Source of the DNA: the human T2T-CHM13v2.0 reference genome, Homo sapiens
Assembly: GCF_009914755.1 (NCBI RefSeq)
Contig: NC_060929.1
Reading direction: 5' to 3' (one strand)
Length of the DNA: 64,000 nt
Both the position numbers and the translations under genes were made by a program. The notes beneath the pieces were generated by a model. The model saw only the letters and a list, made by a program, of their open reading frames with translations, searched no databases and was not told the DNA's origin. Shown in pieces: positions 14,287 to 26,185 of the stretch (its first letter is position 1; each line of letters begins with the position of its first letter).

Positions 14287-15332
14287 GGTTGCTGTGGTGG
14301 TTGTTTTAAGTTCCTTTTCCAAGATCCCATGCCCTTGATGCCTCCTTCACCTTCTGATCCATTTCATCTTCATGCTGTATGACTGTGACAACAAGGGCTA
14401 GATTCCCACCCGGGGAGTTAACGGTGATTACAGCATGTTGACAGAGATGTGTAGCCTTACACTCATGCATAGCTTCCTTGACAGCAGTGATGGTGGTTTC
14501 TTACCACAAACCCTATGAGACCAAAGCCAGTACAGCCTCTGACTCTGGAAAGGCAGTGGGGCAAGCATTTCCCCAGAAATGCCCTCTACCTCCATGGCAG
14601 CCACCTTGGGCAGCCAGAAGAAACATCTCTCCTTTCCAAGAACTTTGTGAGTGATGTTTAGTCCCATGACCAGACTCTTCACTGGTGCCAAAGCAGACTG
14701 GCGTGGCCAGCCACCCAGACTCCTGCTGGTTGCTGACTGATGGACACAGCACCTGAGTTCCTCAGATTTTGCTGGAGTTTACTCAGGCCAGCCTGGGTCA
14801 GAGGACAAACCAAGAGGAGTTAATAAGGCTCAAAACTCAGCAGAACTGGTGTGTCTGCTGCTTTTAGGTCCAGCAATTCCTCATTGTCCCCAAATTCTCT
14901 TTACCCTAGTGACCTAAAGAGACAGCAATGCTTTTCTCTTTTTTCTTTCATTAAAATTTGACCCTCATTCAACTAGTTCTTCTATAAAGATGGTGACAAA
15001 GAGCCCCTGGTAATCTCAAGGTAGCTTGTATAATCTAAATAATAACAATCTTCAATATAAAGAAGGTAAAATTTGGAGGCAAAACATGAAGTAAACTTGA
15101 TTCTTTGGCAAATCTATTGAGGAGTCAAAATTCTGCCTTATAAAAACAATTTAAACTCCACCTAGTACTGCTTCAGTCCTGTCCTGGCAGTTTTCTTAAT
15201 GGCTTGAGCATAGGCACTGTTCATCTTTGGTCAAAATAGTGGTTGTGGAGTTCAAAATGAAGTACATATTATTGTTTTGTTGATAATGTTCTATGTCCTA
15301 CAATTACGATAAGAACAAATTAGACTTACTCC

Positions 15333-15575
15333 TTTAAGTAAAGGTCAGATCCAAAGTGATGTGACAAAGAGTAACAGCTCTGCATTTTCAGCATTTCCAA
15401 AATGAACCATCTGTCTATAACCCTATCTGGATGGAGACCAGCAGGTTCTGGGAAGAATATTAACCTGAATTTGTTGCAGGCTTGTTTCTCAAACTCTTTA
15501 TAAACACTTCCCCATATGTGCTGCCAAAGCTTTGCATTTAATGAATCATCCAAATCTTTTTGCCATATATCCTGT
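15333..15575 (-). mobile_element. Ancient non-mammalian-type L1/Tx1-clade LINE fossil, ORF2 C-terminal CCHC region
   Basis: Joined minus-strand frames: IWQKDLDDSLNAKLWQHIWGSVYK / SLQQIQVNILPRTCWSPSR* / DGSFWKC*KCRAVTLCHI / LWI*PLLK. Confidence 0.65.
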
Positions 15576-15899
15576 GTAGCTATTGAGGATGGAATGCATG
15601 TCCCCAATATCTGAAGAGAAATGAGAGCAATGCCTATGATGCCAAGCAAAATTCCCTCGTAAGATAATCCTATTAGAATGTTCATTTTGATTTTTTAACA
15701 TAGTGAGTGCTGTATTTTGGAGAGTTATTGTAGATCATATTGCCTAGTAATTTCCAAGGGACTATTTTATCTACTTGATACATTGTCTTTACTCTGATTA
15801 AGCGTAAAGGAAGTGCAAATCGTTGCTTACGCACTTGAATTCTTGCTTCATGGTCTTTTGCATTCTTGGTTACTTTTATTTTATTTTATGAAGAGTTTA

Positions 15900-16155
15900 G
15901 CAGTAAAGAACAGAGGTTAAATAAACGTACAGTTTTGGAGTCAAACATGTTGTATTTCATGTTCAAATTCTGCCTCTGAATAGTTTTATGAACAGGCAAA
16001 TTACTTAATATCTCTGTACCTCAGTTTCCCCATCTCTCCCCTGGGAAGTGACACTACTCTCTACCTCTTTGTGGTTACTGTAAATATAAAACAAGGTAAT
16101 AGATAATAAGCTTTTATCCTAGTGGTTGATGAATGACATGTGTAAACTATTACTA
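15900..16155 (+). mobile_element. MIR SINE
   Basis: ttttggagtcaaaca...gttcaaattctgcctctg...ggcaaattacttaatatctctgtacctcagtttccccatct. Confidence 0.85.
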
Positions 16156-16304
16156 TAGTCTAATTAGTCACTATTTGAGTGCCACGACTGTCTGAGAAGT
16201 TTAGGAGTTAAAAGGGGTTATAGGAAAAACATACCTCCAACTGAAAGCCTTAACAACCATGTGTGTAGTACCAAACAACAGCACTTCTTTGTAACATGAA
16301 GAAA

Positions 16305-16480
16305 GGGAATAGTGTCCTTATAAAAGAGGACACAGAGAGTCAGATTGACCCTTCCACTATGTGAGGACACAGCAATAAGGCATCCTCCTTCTCAGCCTCC
16401 ATAACTGTGAGACATAAATTTCTGTTGTTTAGAAAGTGCCCAACTTATGATATTTTGCTATAGTAGTCTGAAAGAACTGT
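16305..16480 (+). mobile_element. MLT1A-like MaLR LTR fragment
   Basis: agtgtccttataaaagagg...atgtgaggacacagc...cagcctccataactgtgagacataaatttctgttgttta. Confidence 0.75.
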
Positions 16481-16779
16481 CAGGACCCTTAAATCAAACT
16501 GCCAACCCTACTTTTAAATCCAGGGTTTCCTCAATCATATTCCAGAAGTTGCTATTACAAATAATAATACCTCCTTCAAAATTTAGTGTTTAGCATCCTG
16601 CTTGTCAACAATCATCTCTTACATTTACATAATTAATGTGTACTCCTTAACAGCCCAACAATTCTTCAGCCCTACCAGGATTTCCTATCCACTGACCTTA
16701 ACAATTTTTCAGTGTTTACCATCTATCTATGTCCTCATTTTCCTCCTTACCCAGTTGCAGACTCCACTCCTTGCATTTA

Positions 16780-17410
16780 ACCTCAACAATCTGCTCCCAG
16801 GGCCATCCTAACTGTGGAAAAACTCATGGACCTGAGGTGGAGAATATGGTGGGAGAAAAACAGACAACCTTGCTGACTGCCTCTTTGAAATTCGTGATCA
16901 CATACCTTAACCTAATCTTTACAATGGTCCTTTGATCACAAGAACCAGCTTCTTACTGCCTTTCTGATCATCTCCCACTGTTCTCCCTCAACACCAGCTG
17001 CAAGGAACTCCTGGATGCCCCTAAAACATAGCAAGCATGTTCCCGTTTCTGGTGCTTTCACTGCTATTTCTCCCGCCTAGAATGTTCTTAGTCACATGAC
17101 CTCCCTCCCCACGCTCGTCCCAATTTGTTTATATGCCTCTCTAAATACCAGAGAAGTCTACCTTGGCTGTTTTGTCTCAAGTATCATTTTGGCCATGCTG
17201 TATTTCCTTACCTGCTATGTTTTTTTCTCAATAGCATTTACCGCATAATAGTATATATTTGTTTATTTTAATAAATTTATTACCTCTCTTACCCCATTGA
17301 AAAGTGGTCTATGTAAACGGTGCTATGTTTTGTTAATTGCTATTCCAGTATTTGTTGAGCATATACTAGGTATTTAAAACTGTTTGATGAATACGTGGAT
17401 GACTGCATGA
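16780..17410 (+). mobile_element. L2 LINE (ORF2 piece plus 3' region)
   Basis: gggagaaaaacagacaaccttgctgactg...aaattcgtgatc; gcctagaatgttctt...tagcatttacc...gtttgatgaatac. Confidence 0.7.
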
Positions 17411-17744
17411 AATTCCTGGGGCCATACCTGATGTGATCACAAAATTCATGGTTTCAAATTTGAATTGCTGGTCGATATACATGTAATTATCAGCCTACAG
17501 AGATAGCTGCTGAGAATGTAATTTGCCCAACTCATTTACACAGTCCTTTTATATACTAAGTGAAAAACTAACACCAACGGCTTGTATTTACTGCACAGGT
17601 ATTTAAGAATATGAGAACACATTGGGGACAGATTGAGAAAAGTAGATCCTAAGTTTTCAAGTTCTTTTTTTATACTGCAACTAACTTACAATCATAGAGT
17701 GTTATTCAGATCTCTCTTCACCTCCACCTTACACTTTCCCTAAT

Positions 17745-18340
<596 letters not shown>

Positions 18341-19109
18341 CTCCTACGCTGATTTTTACTCTTGAGGCTCTTGACTTTCCTGTTTGCATTTCTGCTCTTT
18401 CTCTGAGCCCAATCATAAGGAACCAGGAAACAGCAATAAAGAAGCAGAGCCCCTAGCTTTTCCTTGGCAGGCGGTGCCGACAGAGTTAACTGAGGCATGG
18501 TTCCTTCCTTAAGAAACTCACATTCCCTTAAAGACAGAGGCACATCAGCCAATAATTACAATAAAAAGTGATACATGCTGTGATGAAATTCTTCTCAAAA
18601 AGATATTAACTCCCAGTAGAAGAAGAGTTTTTTTCTGCTTTGGTAGACTTGGGACATTTTCAGAAAGGTGACATTTGGTTTATACCTGATAATGTTAAAT
18701 GGGGTGGGGTGAGATGAAAAGGGAAGGGCCTTGGCATGTGTGAGAGGAAAAGGGATATGAAGAAAAGGGAACTAACTTTCTGATATTCACAATTTGAGCC
18801 CATGTTTTAAGAAATTATTGAGGCTCTTTCTGTTGAGCCATTTAGGGCAATTACAAACAAGAGAAAGGAAAAAAGAGAGGAGAATAGACAGTACATGGGG
18901 TTGGGGTGGAGGCAGAGAAAGATTAAGGTAGAAACCAGAGAGGAGGGGAGCTGTATGCTCCACCCCAGGCTGGGAGAGGCTCTTAGAGTGGGAGCCTTTG
19001 CCCAGGAAAGGGAGAGGGTATTTTACCCTTGTAGAGGACAGACACTGTGTTTTATTCCTGTTGTGTCCCTTATTGTGTCTAGTATGGATGTTTTAAAGTA
19101 TCAGGAAGA

Positions 19110-19350
19110 TGTAATATGTGGGTAAGATTATGGGTGTTACAGTCAGTCAAATTTGGGTTCAAAGCCAGATTCTGCTAATTTTTACCAGTGAGACCTGGAC
19201 AAGTTACCTTACCTTTATGAGTCCTCAGTTTTTAATCTGTCTGGAAGAGCTTATAATACCTTCTGCATAGCTGTGAAGAATAAATTAGATAATAAATGTA
19301 AACCAATTAGCCTGGTGTCTGCTATCTTATCAGTGTATAATTATTACTAT
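19110..19350 (+). mobile_element. MIR SINE
   Basis: agtcagtcaaatttgggttcaaagccag...gacctggacaagttacctt...cctcagtttttaatctgt. Confidence 0.8.
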
Positions 19351-19365
19351 AAATTACTTGCTGAT

Positions 19366-19488
19366 TTTTAAAAAAGAGACAGGGTCTCGCTACGTTGCCC
19401 AGGCTGGACTCAGACTCCTGGGCTCAAGTTATTCTCCGGCCTCAGTCTCCCAAGTAGCTGGAACTACAGGTGCATCACTATGATTGGC
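19366..19488 (-). mobile_element. FLAM (free left Alu monomer)
   Basis: gagacagggtctcgctacgttgcccaggctgg...cctcagtctcccaagtagctggaactacagg; single monomer. Confidence 0.85.
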
Positions 19489-20502
19489 TTATTGCTAAAT
19501 ATTTTTAAAATAAAAAAAATCACATGCTCATCAAGAAAGATGATTCGTTGTCAGAGTTCTTTTCAGTTTTAACATGTTGACATCTCAAATAATGATATGG
19601 GAAGTAGAGTTGCTTAGGTATGTAAAACGGCATTTCGCCATCTGCAAGAAAGAACTAAATTACCTTCCAGCTTTGTAAGTGAGTTCTGTTCACAAGCCAT
19701 TAAGAGGTAACTTGTGGTTTATATCACAGGTGACATCAGGGATGAAGGTAGGGGACTCAAGGGCCTCTCCAGCTGCTGACGGCTGACCTGAGAGACAGAA
19801 ACCAGTATATCTTTCATTCTGATGAACATAGAAAATGAACAATCTTTATATTGTAAGCCTAAACACAAGTGCTTTAATAATGTATGAAACATAGTAATAG
19901 GAAACAAAAACAAAACAAAAGAAAAAAAAGGAAGTCCCATACTTTCCCCTAAAGATCGGCCTTAGACAAATGTTTTTCACAGCACTTCCTCTTCTCACTC
20001 CCACCTTCCATTCCAGAGCAGCTAATATTGTTTGTTCTTTTATTCCTATGACCACCCATAGGAGAAAGATATTCAGGAAATAGTTTTCCCTGCAGATGGC
20101 TGAGTAGCAGAGAGTAATAGCAGTCCCATCAGCATCTAATTTCTGCTTTCATCCAGAAGAGACTGTTTTAGCAACCACTTTGTTAACAATGAAACAAAAG
20201 GACATTTGTAAAAAAACAAAAAACAAAACAAAATAAACCACTAACTAATAAGCAGGGGAAAAATATCAGTCACTATCTCTTTCTTAAAGAGTCCTCTCTA
20301 TTGAGAAAGGACTCTCTACCTTCATGGAGTTTTTATTCTCTTCTGTGAATCGTTTCTACCTCCCAGATTGTAGTATTTGTTAGTAATTACCTTCCCAACT
20401 CCTTTTTGCTCAATAGTACAAAGAATACAAGTCATAGAGATTGTACTTGAATTATAAAGAAGCAAAAAGGCCTGTAACTTTCATAATAGTTTGAGTAATA
20501 AT

Positions 20503-20609
20503 TAAGTTGACCAACTCATTCTTATTTGCCAAGGGCTTCCCTGGATTTAACACCATAAATCCCATGCCCAGGAAACCTTTGTGGCAAACCAAGATGACTG
20601 GTCACACTA
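20503..20609. mobile_element. MER81-like hAT-Blackjack MITE
   Basis: TIRs taagttgaccaac / ctggtcacacta (consensus TAGGGTGACC...GGTCACCCTA); about 107 bp. Confidence 0.7.
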
Positions 20610-20714
20610 ACTGAGGTGGTTTCTATACCTGCATAGGAATAGGCTCTTCGTGAACAACAACAATCATTGAAATAACAATAATTGAAACCTGTCTGCTTAC
20701 TGAAAACCAACTAC

Positions 20715-20918
20715 TTAATTGTCTTATATGGATACCTTCACAAGAACACCTTGAGGGGAGTAGTAGTATTTTACTTCTGTTTCTATACAGAAAGGAAGAT
20801 GGATTTTTCAACAGTTAGGTATTTTCCCCCAAACCACACAGGTACTAAGAAGTAAAGGTAAGATTTGAACCCAAGCAGACTAATTACATTTGTTCAGCTA
20901 CTACACCATGCCGCTCTC
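20715..20918 (-). mobile_element. MIR SINE
   Basis: ccttcacaagaacaccttgagg...cccaaaccacacagg...gatttgaacccaagcagact...actacaccatgc. Confidence 0.75.
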
Positions 20919-23061
20919 TGTTGCAATGCTCCCTTCTGACAAAAGCAGTCACAGGCAGCTCATAGCCATAGTCACCATGATGTGTTAATTTCAACTGTGC
21001 CTTCCTGGTAAAAGCTGATTCCACCAAAAACGAGGGCCTGAGACAGAAACCAGTGGTCCAACAGGACATTTGTCATGGGAGTTCTCTGCTAATAACTGGT
21101 TGCTTCTTTACTTTGCTTTGTATCCTTTGCACCTGAGGTAAACTGAGTATATCATTCTTCCTTGCTCATTTATAGCAAGGAATAAGCATGCTTCACTCTT
21201 AACAGTATTCACAGCCTCCACCACTGCCTCCTTAGCAAGCCCAAACGAGAACTGCATACTGATTGTGGTTTTGATTATTCCATTTGTGCTTCGTCCCACT
21301 GACCTACATGGAGCTGTAGCAGTGTTCACATCATATGGTTCATTATGTAGTTGAATTTAGTGTTCATGATATTTGTAGCCAGGAAAAAACATTCCATGTG
21401 GTGAGCCAAATGAAGCTATTCTTCTAGTATGAAGTGGGGAAGTTGATGAGTCTGAAGACAGGACTTTTTTATTTTGATTAAGAGGGATGATTTGCTTTTG
21501 GGGGACATGGCCTTGGGCCAGGAATCACTGTTGTAAAACATTTGAAAGGATGAAGACACTTGGATGAAGAATTCAACAGTGCTCTCAATGTGTCCCTGCG
21601 TACTTCTATTTAGAGAGTGTAATTGGCTCCAGGAGGGAAAAAAATATAACTTTAAAAATATAGTCTCTTAAGCCCTAGGGAAGTGCATTAGCCAGATGCC
21701 ATATCACATGGGCTGGCACTTCTAGTTCTGTGATTTTTACTTTACACCAAGGTATGCCAGGACCATGAGAAAGAGACTCGGTAAAGGTAACATCAGGAAA
21801 TATAATAGGACATATTTGTAGTTTGGATTGATGAGTCTCTAAGGGAACTAGGGGAGCAGTTCACATAAATGCTAAATAATAAGACCTTTTCTGTAAACAG
21901 AACATCAGTGTAATAGTATGTAGTTCATTCAAGCAGCCAGGCTAGGGACTATGTTGAAATTACATTAAAGCAAGATGGGTTCCCTCTACTTCGCTAAGCA
22001 TCAGAAGTGCAAAGTAAGAGTCCTTACAGTGGAGACAAATTTGTACATTGCTATAGAATTTGATACAAGTGTGTTCTTTTAAAGAACATAATCAATAAAA
22101 CATAAAATCTAAAATCATTTTGAAAAAGCGAACGGAACAAGTTTTTAAGCTTTAAATCAAATTGGTAATTAAATTGCCACTGGGCAATATTTATGAAAGG
22201 AAAGTAAGTATGAATGATGGTAAGTAGAGTGACTTTGAACATCACATAGAATATTACAGAAGGAGTCGCAATGAAGCACAGTGCAAATACACTGGGGAAG
22301 CCACTTTTTATAAGAGTAGTAAATTGCACTTTGGTGGACAGAGAAAAACATAAAATAAGTCCCCTTGTTAAACTCTTTTAAACTAATAAACAGGATGTGT
22401 GGTGCATGGTACTGTGAAAGCAGGCAAGTGTCCAGTGAAAACAGAAGAGAGGAAATACTGCCTACGTGAAATGAAATACAAGGATCTGGCTGGTTGGAAG
22501 TAACGTGTTATTCATATTTGTACCTAAGCTGTAATTGCCAATACTGGACATTTTCTGTCATTATATCCGTGACACTTGAAACAGGATAGATGATATGCTT
22601 AGAGAACCTGGGCAGAATTAATATACCTGAGAGATAAATTTTAATGTGGAAGAAATATGTGTGATAGTCTGGAAGCAAGCAGATAAAATAACACACTAGC
22701 CACAAAACTTTTTATACTTTAGTCACTTGTTCTTTAAAAGCATGTTCATTAGGAATGTTTACTTTTAAGAAGCATCCTCAGTTCCGATGAATAAAATGGG
22801 CAGATGGGAAAATCTCTAGATATAGTAAATAAATTTTTTAAAACCCCACTTTAACCTAAATATTTAGATAATTGAGGAAAATAAGGTTTTATCTATTTTA
22901 AAGTTATTTATAGAATGGTTTCAACCCTCCATTTCAAGTGTTTACATCAAACTTAAATAAATCATTTCATCATTTTTGTTTCTCTGATTAAAAAAATGCT
23001 TATTCATCTAAACTCATGGTATCCTCAATGTTGAGAAGACACTTGATGAGAAGGCTTCTCA

Positions 23062-23232
23062 GGGTAAAATCTGATGTTTCAATACATGTATATGTTGTGT
23101 AATGGTCAAATCAGGGTGTGTACATTGTCCATCACCTCATGCATTTATCAATTCTTTGTGGTGAGAACACAAAATTATATTCCATAAATATATATAATTA
23201 CAATGTACCATTTAAAAATAATAATATTAAAA
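23062..23232 (+). mobile_element. Short L1MA-type insertion with 5' inversion
   Basis: 23062-~23170 is antisense L1MA 3' UTR; ~23178-23232 is the sense terminus ccataaatatatataatt...aaaaata; TSD agaaggcttctca/agaaaccttctca. Confidence 0.75.
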
Positions 23233-24094
23233 AGAAACCTTCTCAAGGGAGCTGCAGTGTGTTTGCAAAACATGATAATAAGCAACAAGGACACATGTTA
23301 GTTTAGCAAACAATTTTGTCCACTCATTTGATTGTGAACAAACTTTTGGATCAGAAAGCTCTTTACAATAAACTGCAGAGACTAATTTGAAGGAAATACT
23401 TGGTGGTATTTCCCTTGGTCAAAAGGATGTTGTTAAAAAAAAAAAGTTTCCATATTTTCTGACCATAGTGGAAACGTCATTGAGAGCATGAGAAAGAAGG
23501 AAAAGGATCAGACCTACCTGGGCTCAGATTCTGGGTCTCCTGGTTATCAGCTAGATCTTTGATAAGTTTTATAATAGCTGAGCTTTGTTTCCTCGTATGT
23601 ACAGTGCTACTGAGAATTCACATTTGTAGTGGTTTGTGGTTTTGGTTGATAAGCTGACCGATGACGGAGTGCTGTGAGGTTTGGCAATCCTGACCGCTAG
23701 TCCTGACTATAGGACAGCTGATATTATGCATTGCATTCGTAAGTACATTAGTGTTCATTACATCCCTGCGAGCATCTTCTGCTTAATTATGAGATTCTTC
23801 TCAGTTTATCTAGCTTCTCTACTACCATTGTGATTCCTTTAACTCTGCTCCAGGGTGCAGGCAGTGAGTGAGGCCATAGGGAATTTCACGGAGCCAGATC
23901 CAGGTCTGCTGACTAGCCATTTTCCCATTTTCAGTCTAGTCCTAAGCATCATCCCAACATACTCTACAAGCAAAAGGAGGATTGTCATTGTGATTAGTAC
24001 TTAAATCCTAAAAGACAGATCATTTTGGGGGTGGTAGGGTGTGCAGGAAAGTATCAGCATTACCTTTCAATCTGTGCTAAGATGTATCAATGCA

Positions 24095-24250
24095 TATTAA
24101 TTTATTCAAAGAAATATATATTGGGCTTTTATTTTCTTCTCATCACTTTAAATGATTCAGAAAAGAAGAAAACAGACATGGCCTTTGCCCACACAGAGTT
24201 TATATAGTCTAGCTGAGAAAAGAGACATTAAAGAAACAAAGAATAATATA
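24095..24250 (-). mobile_element. L2 3' end
   Basis: atttattcaaagaaatatatattgggc...aaacagacatggcctttgcccacacagagttta. Confidence 0.7.
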
Positions 24251-25509
24251 ACTATAGCAACAAGGACAAAGAAGTGTTGATAGAAAGCTTGTTACTCTTT
24301 GGAAGATAACTGTTGTTATTTAGGAAATTGTCCTGATGTTTTTTCTGGGGATCAAACAGGGGATTCATATGACATAGCTAAGATGAACTAGGTAGATCCA
24401 AAATTAGAAATAACTTCCCTGACATATTAAAGTTAGAACAATTTCAAATTTTGTGGGGCAGATGGGGAAAGAGCAGTTTAGGGACCCAAGAGAGAAAAGG
24501 AGACAGCATGAGACATCTAACAACACGGCAAGATGCTGGGAAATACTCACGAGGAAAATTAGCCAGTCAGAAATTCCAGAACACATCATACAGAGTAAAG
24601 GAAAAGGATCTTACCATTGAAATGTGAATCTTACTTTTCCCACTCAGCGTCCAATTATAGTAACAGCCTTCAGGCATCTACTTGGAACTTTTTTCTGCCT
24701 TAATGCACATGACATTTGTCTCCCACTTGGCAGTCCATTATCATTGTGTTAGACTTCAACTGCCTTTGAAAAGACCCATCTGAGTTGGCACTTTTATGGA
24801 CCCAGCTTTCTTTTGGACTCAGTTAAACCGAAGGATGGTACCTCCTCTTTAGGTACTTAAAACATTGCTCATGTTGGACACCAATCTCAGTGCCCTTGAG
24901 AAGTGTATACCCCTCTGTGCTTTTAATTAGATATTGCTCTTTTTTTTGCCTCAGAAAGAGCCTTTCTTGACTTCCCTTCAAATAGTTGTTGCCCCTCCAA
25001 TAATCTTTTATTTTGTCTCAAAATTCTTAGGGAAAGTCTTACTAATGAGGACATGAGATTTGCCCATCATTGGGGTGGCATTTTCTATATATATATATAT
25101 TTACTACATGTCTACCAGAAATGGAAAATTAATCTCAGACACTTAAAATTTCTGAATATTTGAAATTCTCCCCAACTCCTTGACTAAGTCTCACATGCAT
25201 GGTGTTATGACAAAATTCAAAGAATGTAAATTTTGCAACTCTTATAAATATATAGAATTTAAAAACCTATAAAATCATATTATTCATTATTAAAGGAAAG
25301 ATTATTGAGGCCCTCAAGATCCACAAAGTCAATTTTGGGAGTGTTACTTAGCCTATATTTTACATTCAAACATGCCAAACATATTTGAGATTTTTAGAGG
25401 ATTATATCTCAAAATTTTTACACAATTTTGAAAGTTAGGAACTAAATTCTAGTTATGTAATACATGTGAAAAAAGGGTAACCCTAAAAGACTAAATCATT
25501 TGGAGTCAT

Positions 25510-26185
25510 CACAAATGTAAGTGTTACGGATGTATGATATGGGATGATTGAAATTACACAAGAGAGCCTGATCTATAAGGCAGTGTCAGGGCAAGTTTAT
25601 CTGAAGAAGTGAATTTTAAACAGGGAATCTTACATTGCCATTACAACTAAGAATTAAGCCAGGTGAACGGAGTGTGAGTGGAGGCAGTGGGGTGGGAGAA
25701 ACTGTTTCAGCTGAGGTGATAGGATGGGAAAAATACTTTGAGCGAGAAAGAGAACAGTATATAATTGGGGAACAGAAATAAGGCAGTTTGTAGTCAAAGG
25801 CTGGAGTGATACACAGGGGCCAGATTTTAGTCTTTAAGAGATTTTGCCCTTATCCTAAGAGAAATGAGATGACATTGAAGAGTTTTGAACATAGAACTGG
25901 CTTAAATGAATGTATTGGAAAGTAGCAAGAATTTCAGTAAGAAACATCCTGGTGGTCAGAAGGTATTTTCCACAGACTGAAATCAGGAACACAGATGCCT
26001 TGAAATGGGACAGCGCAAAGAAGCTGTAGGGTTTGAGGGGTGGTGAATAGATTTCAGATGTAATTGGAAGGCAGAATCATCAGGTTTTGGTGGCTCTCTG
26101 AAGTGAGAGGAAATGAGAGATCAAAGACAACACCTTACTTTCTAGTAAGAGCAACTGGATGAATCATCAAAAGTGAAAGGGAAAC
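25510..26185 (-). mobile_element. L2 LINE fragment
   Basis: gtcagggcaagtttatctgaagaagtga...ttatcctaagagaaatgag...ggaaggcagaatcatcagg...gagcaactggatga. Confidence 0.75.

Noticed and set aside
15326-15685. 119-aa ORF with hydrophobic N-terminus as a real small protein
   Set aside because: Only the middle is in frame with the LINE-like motifs, which continue in other frames with stops; better explained as a decayed retroelement
21108-21329. ORF containing LFLAINEQGRMIYS, reminiscent of the FGF core motif LYLGMNEKGELYGS
   Set aside because: Only about 9 residues are similar, upstream spacing does not fit, splice sites are weak and no other FGF exon is visible; likely chance (a Pfam FGF search would settle it)
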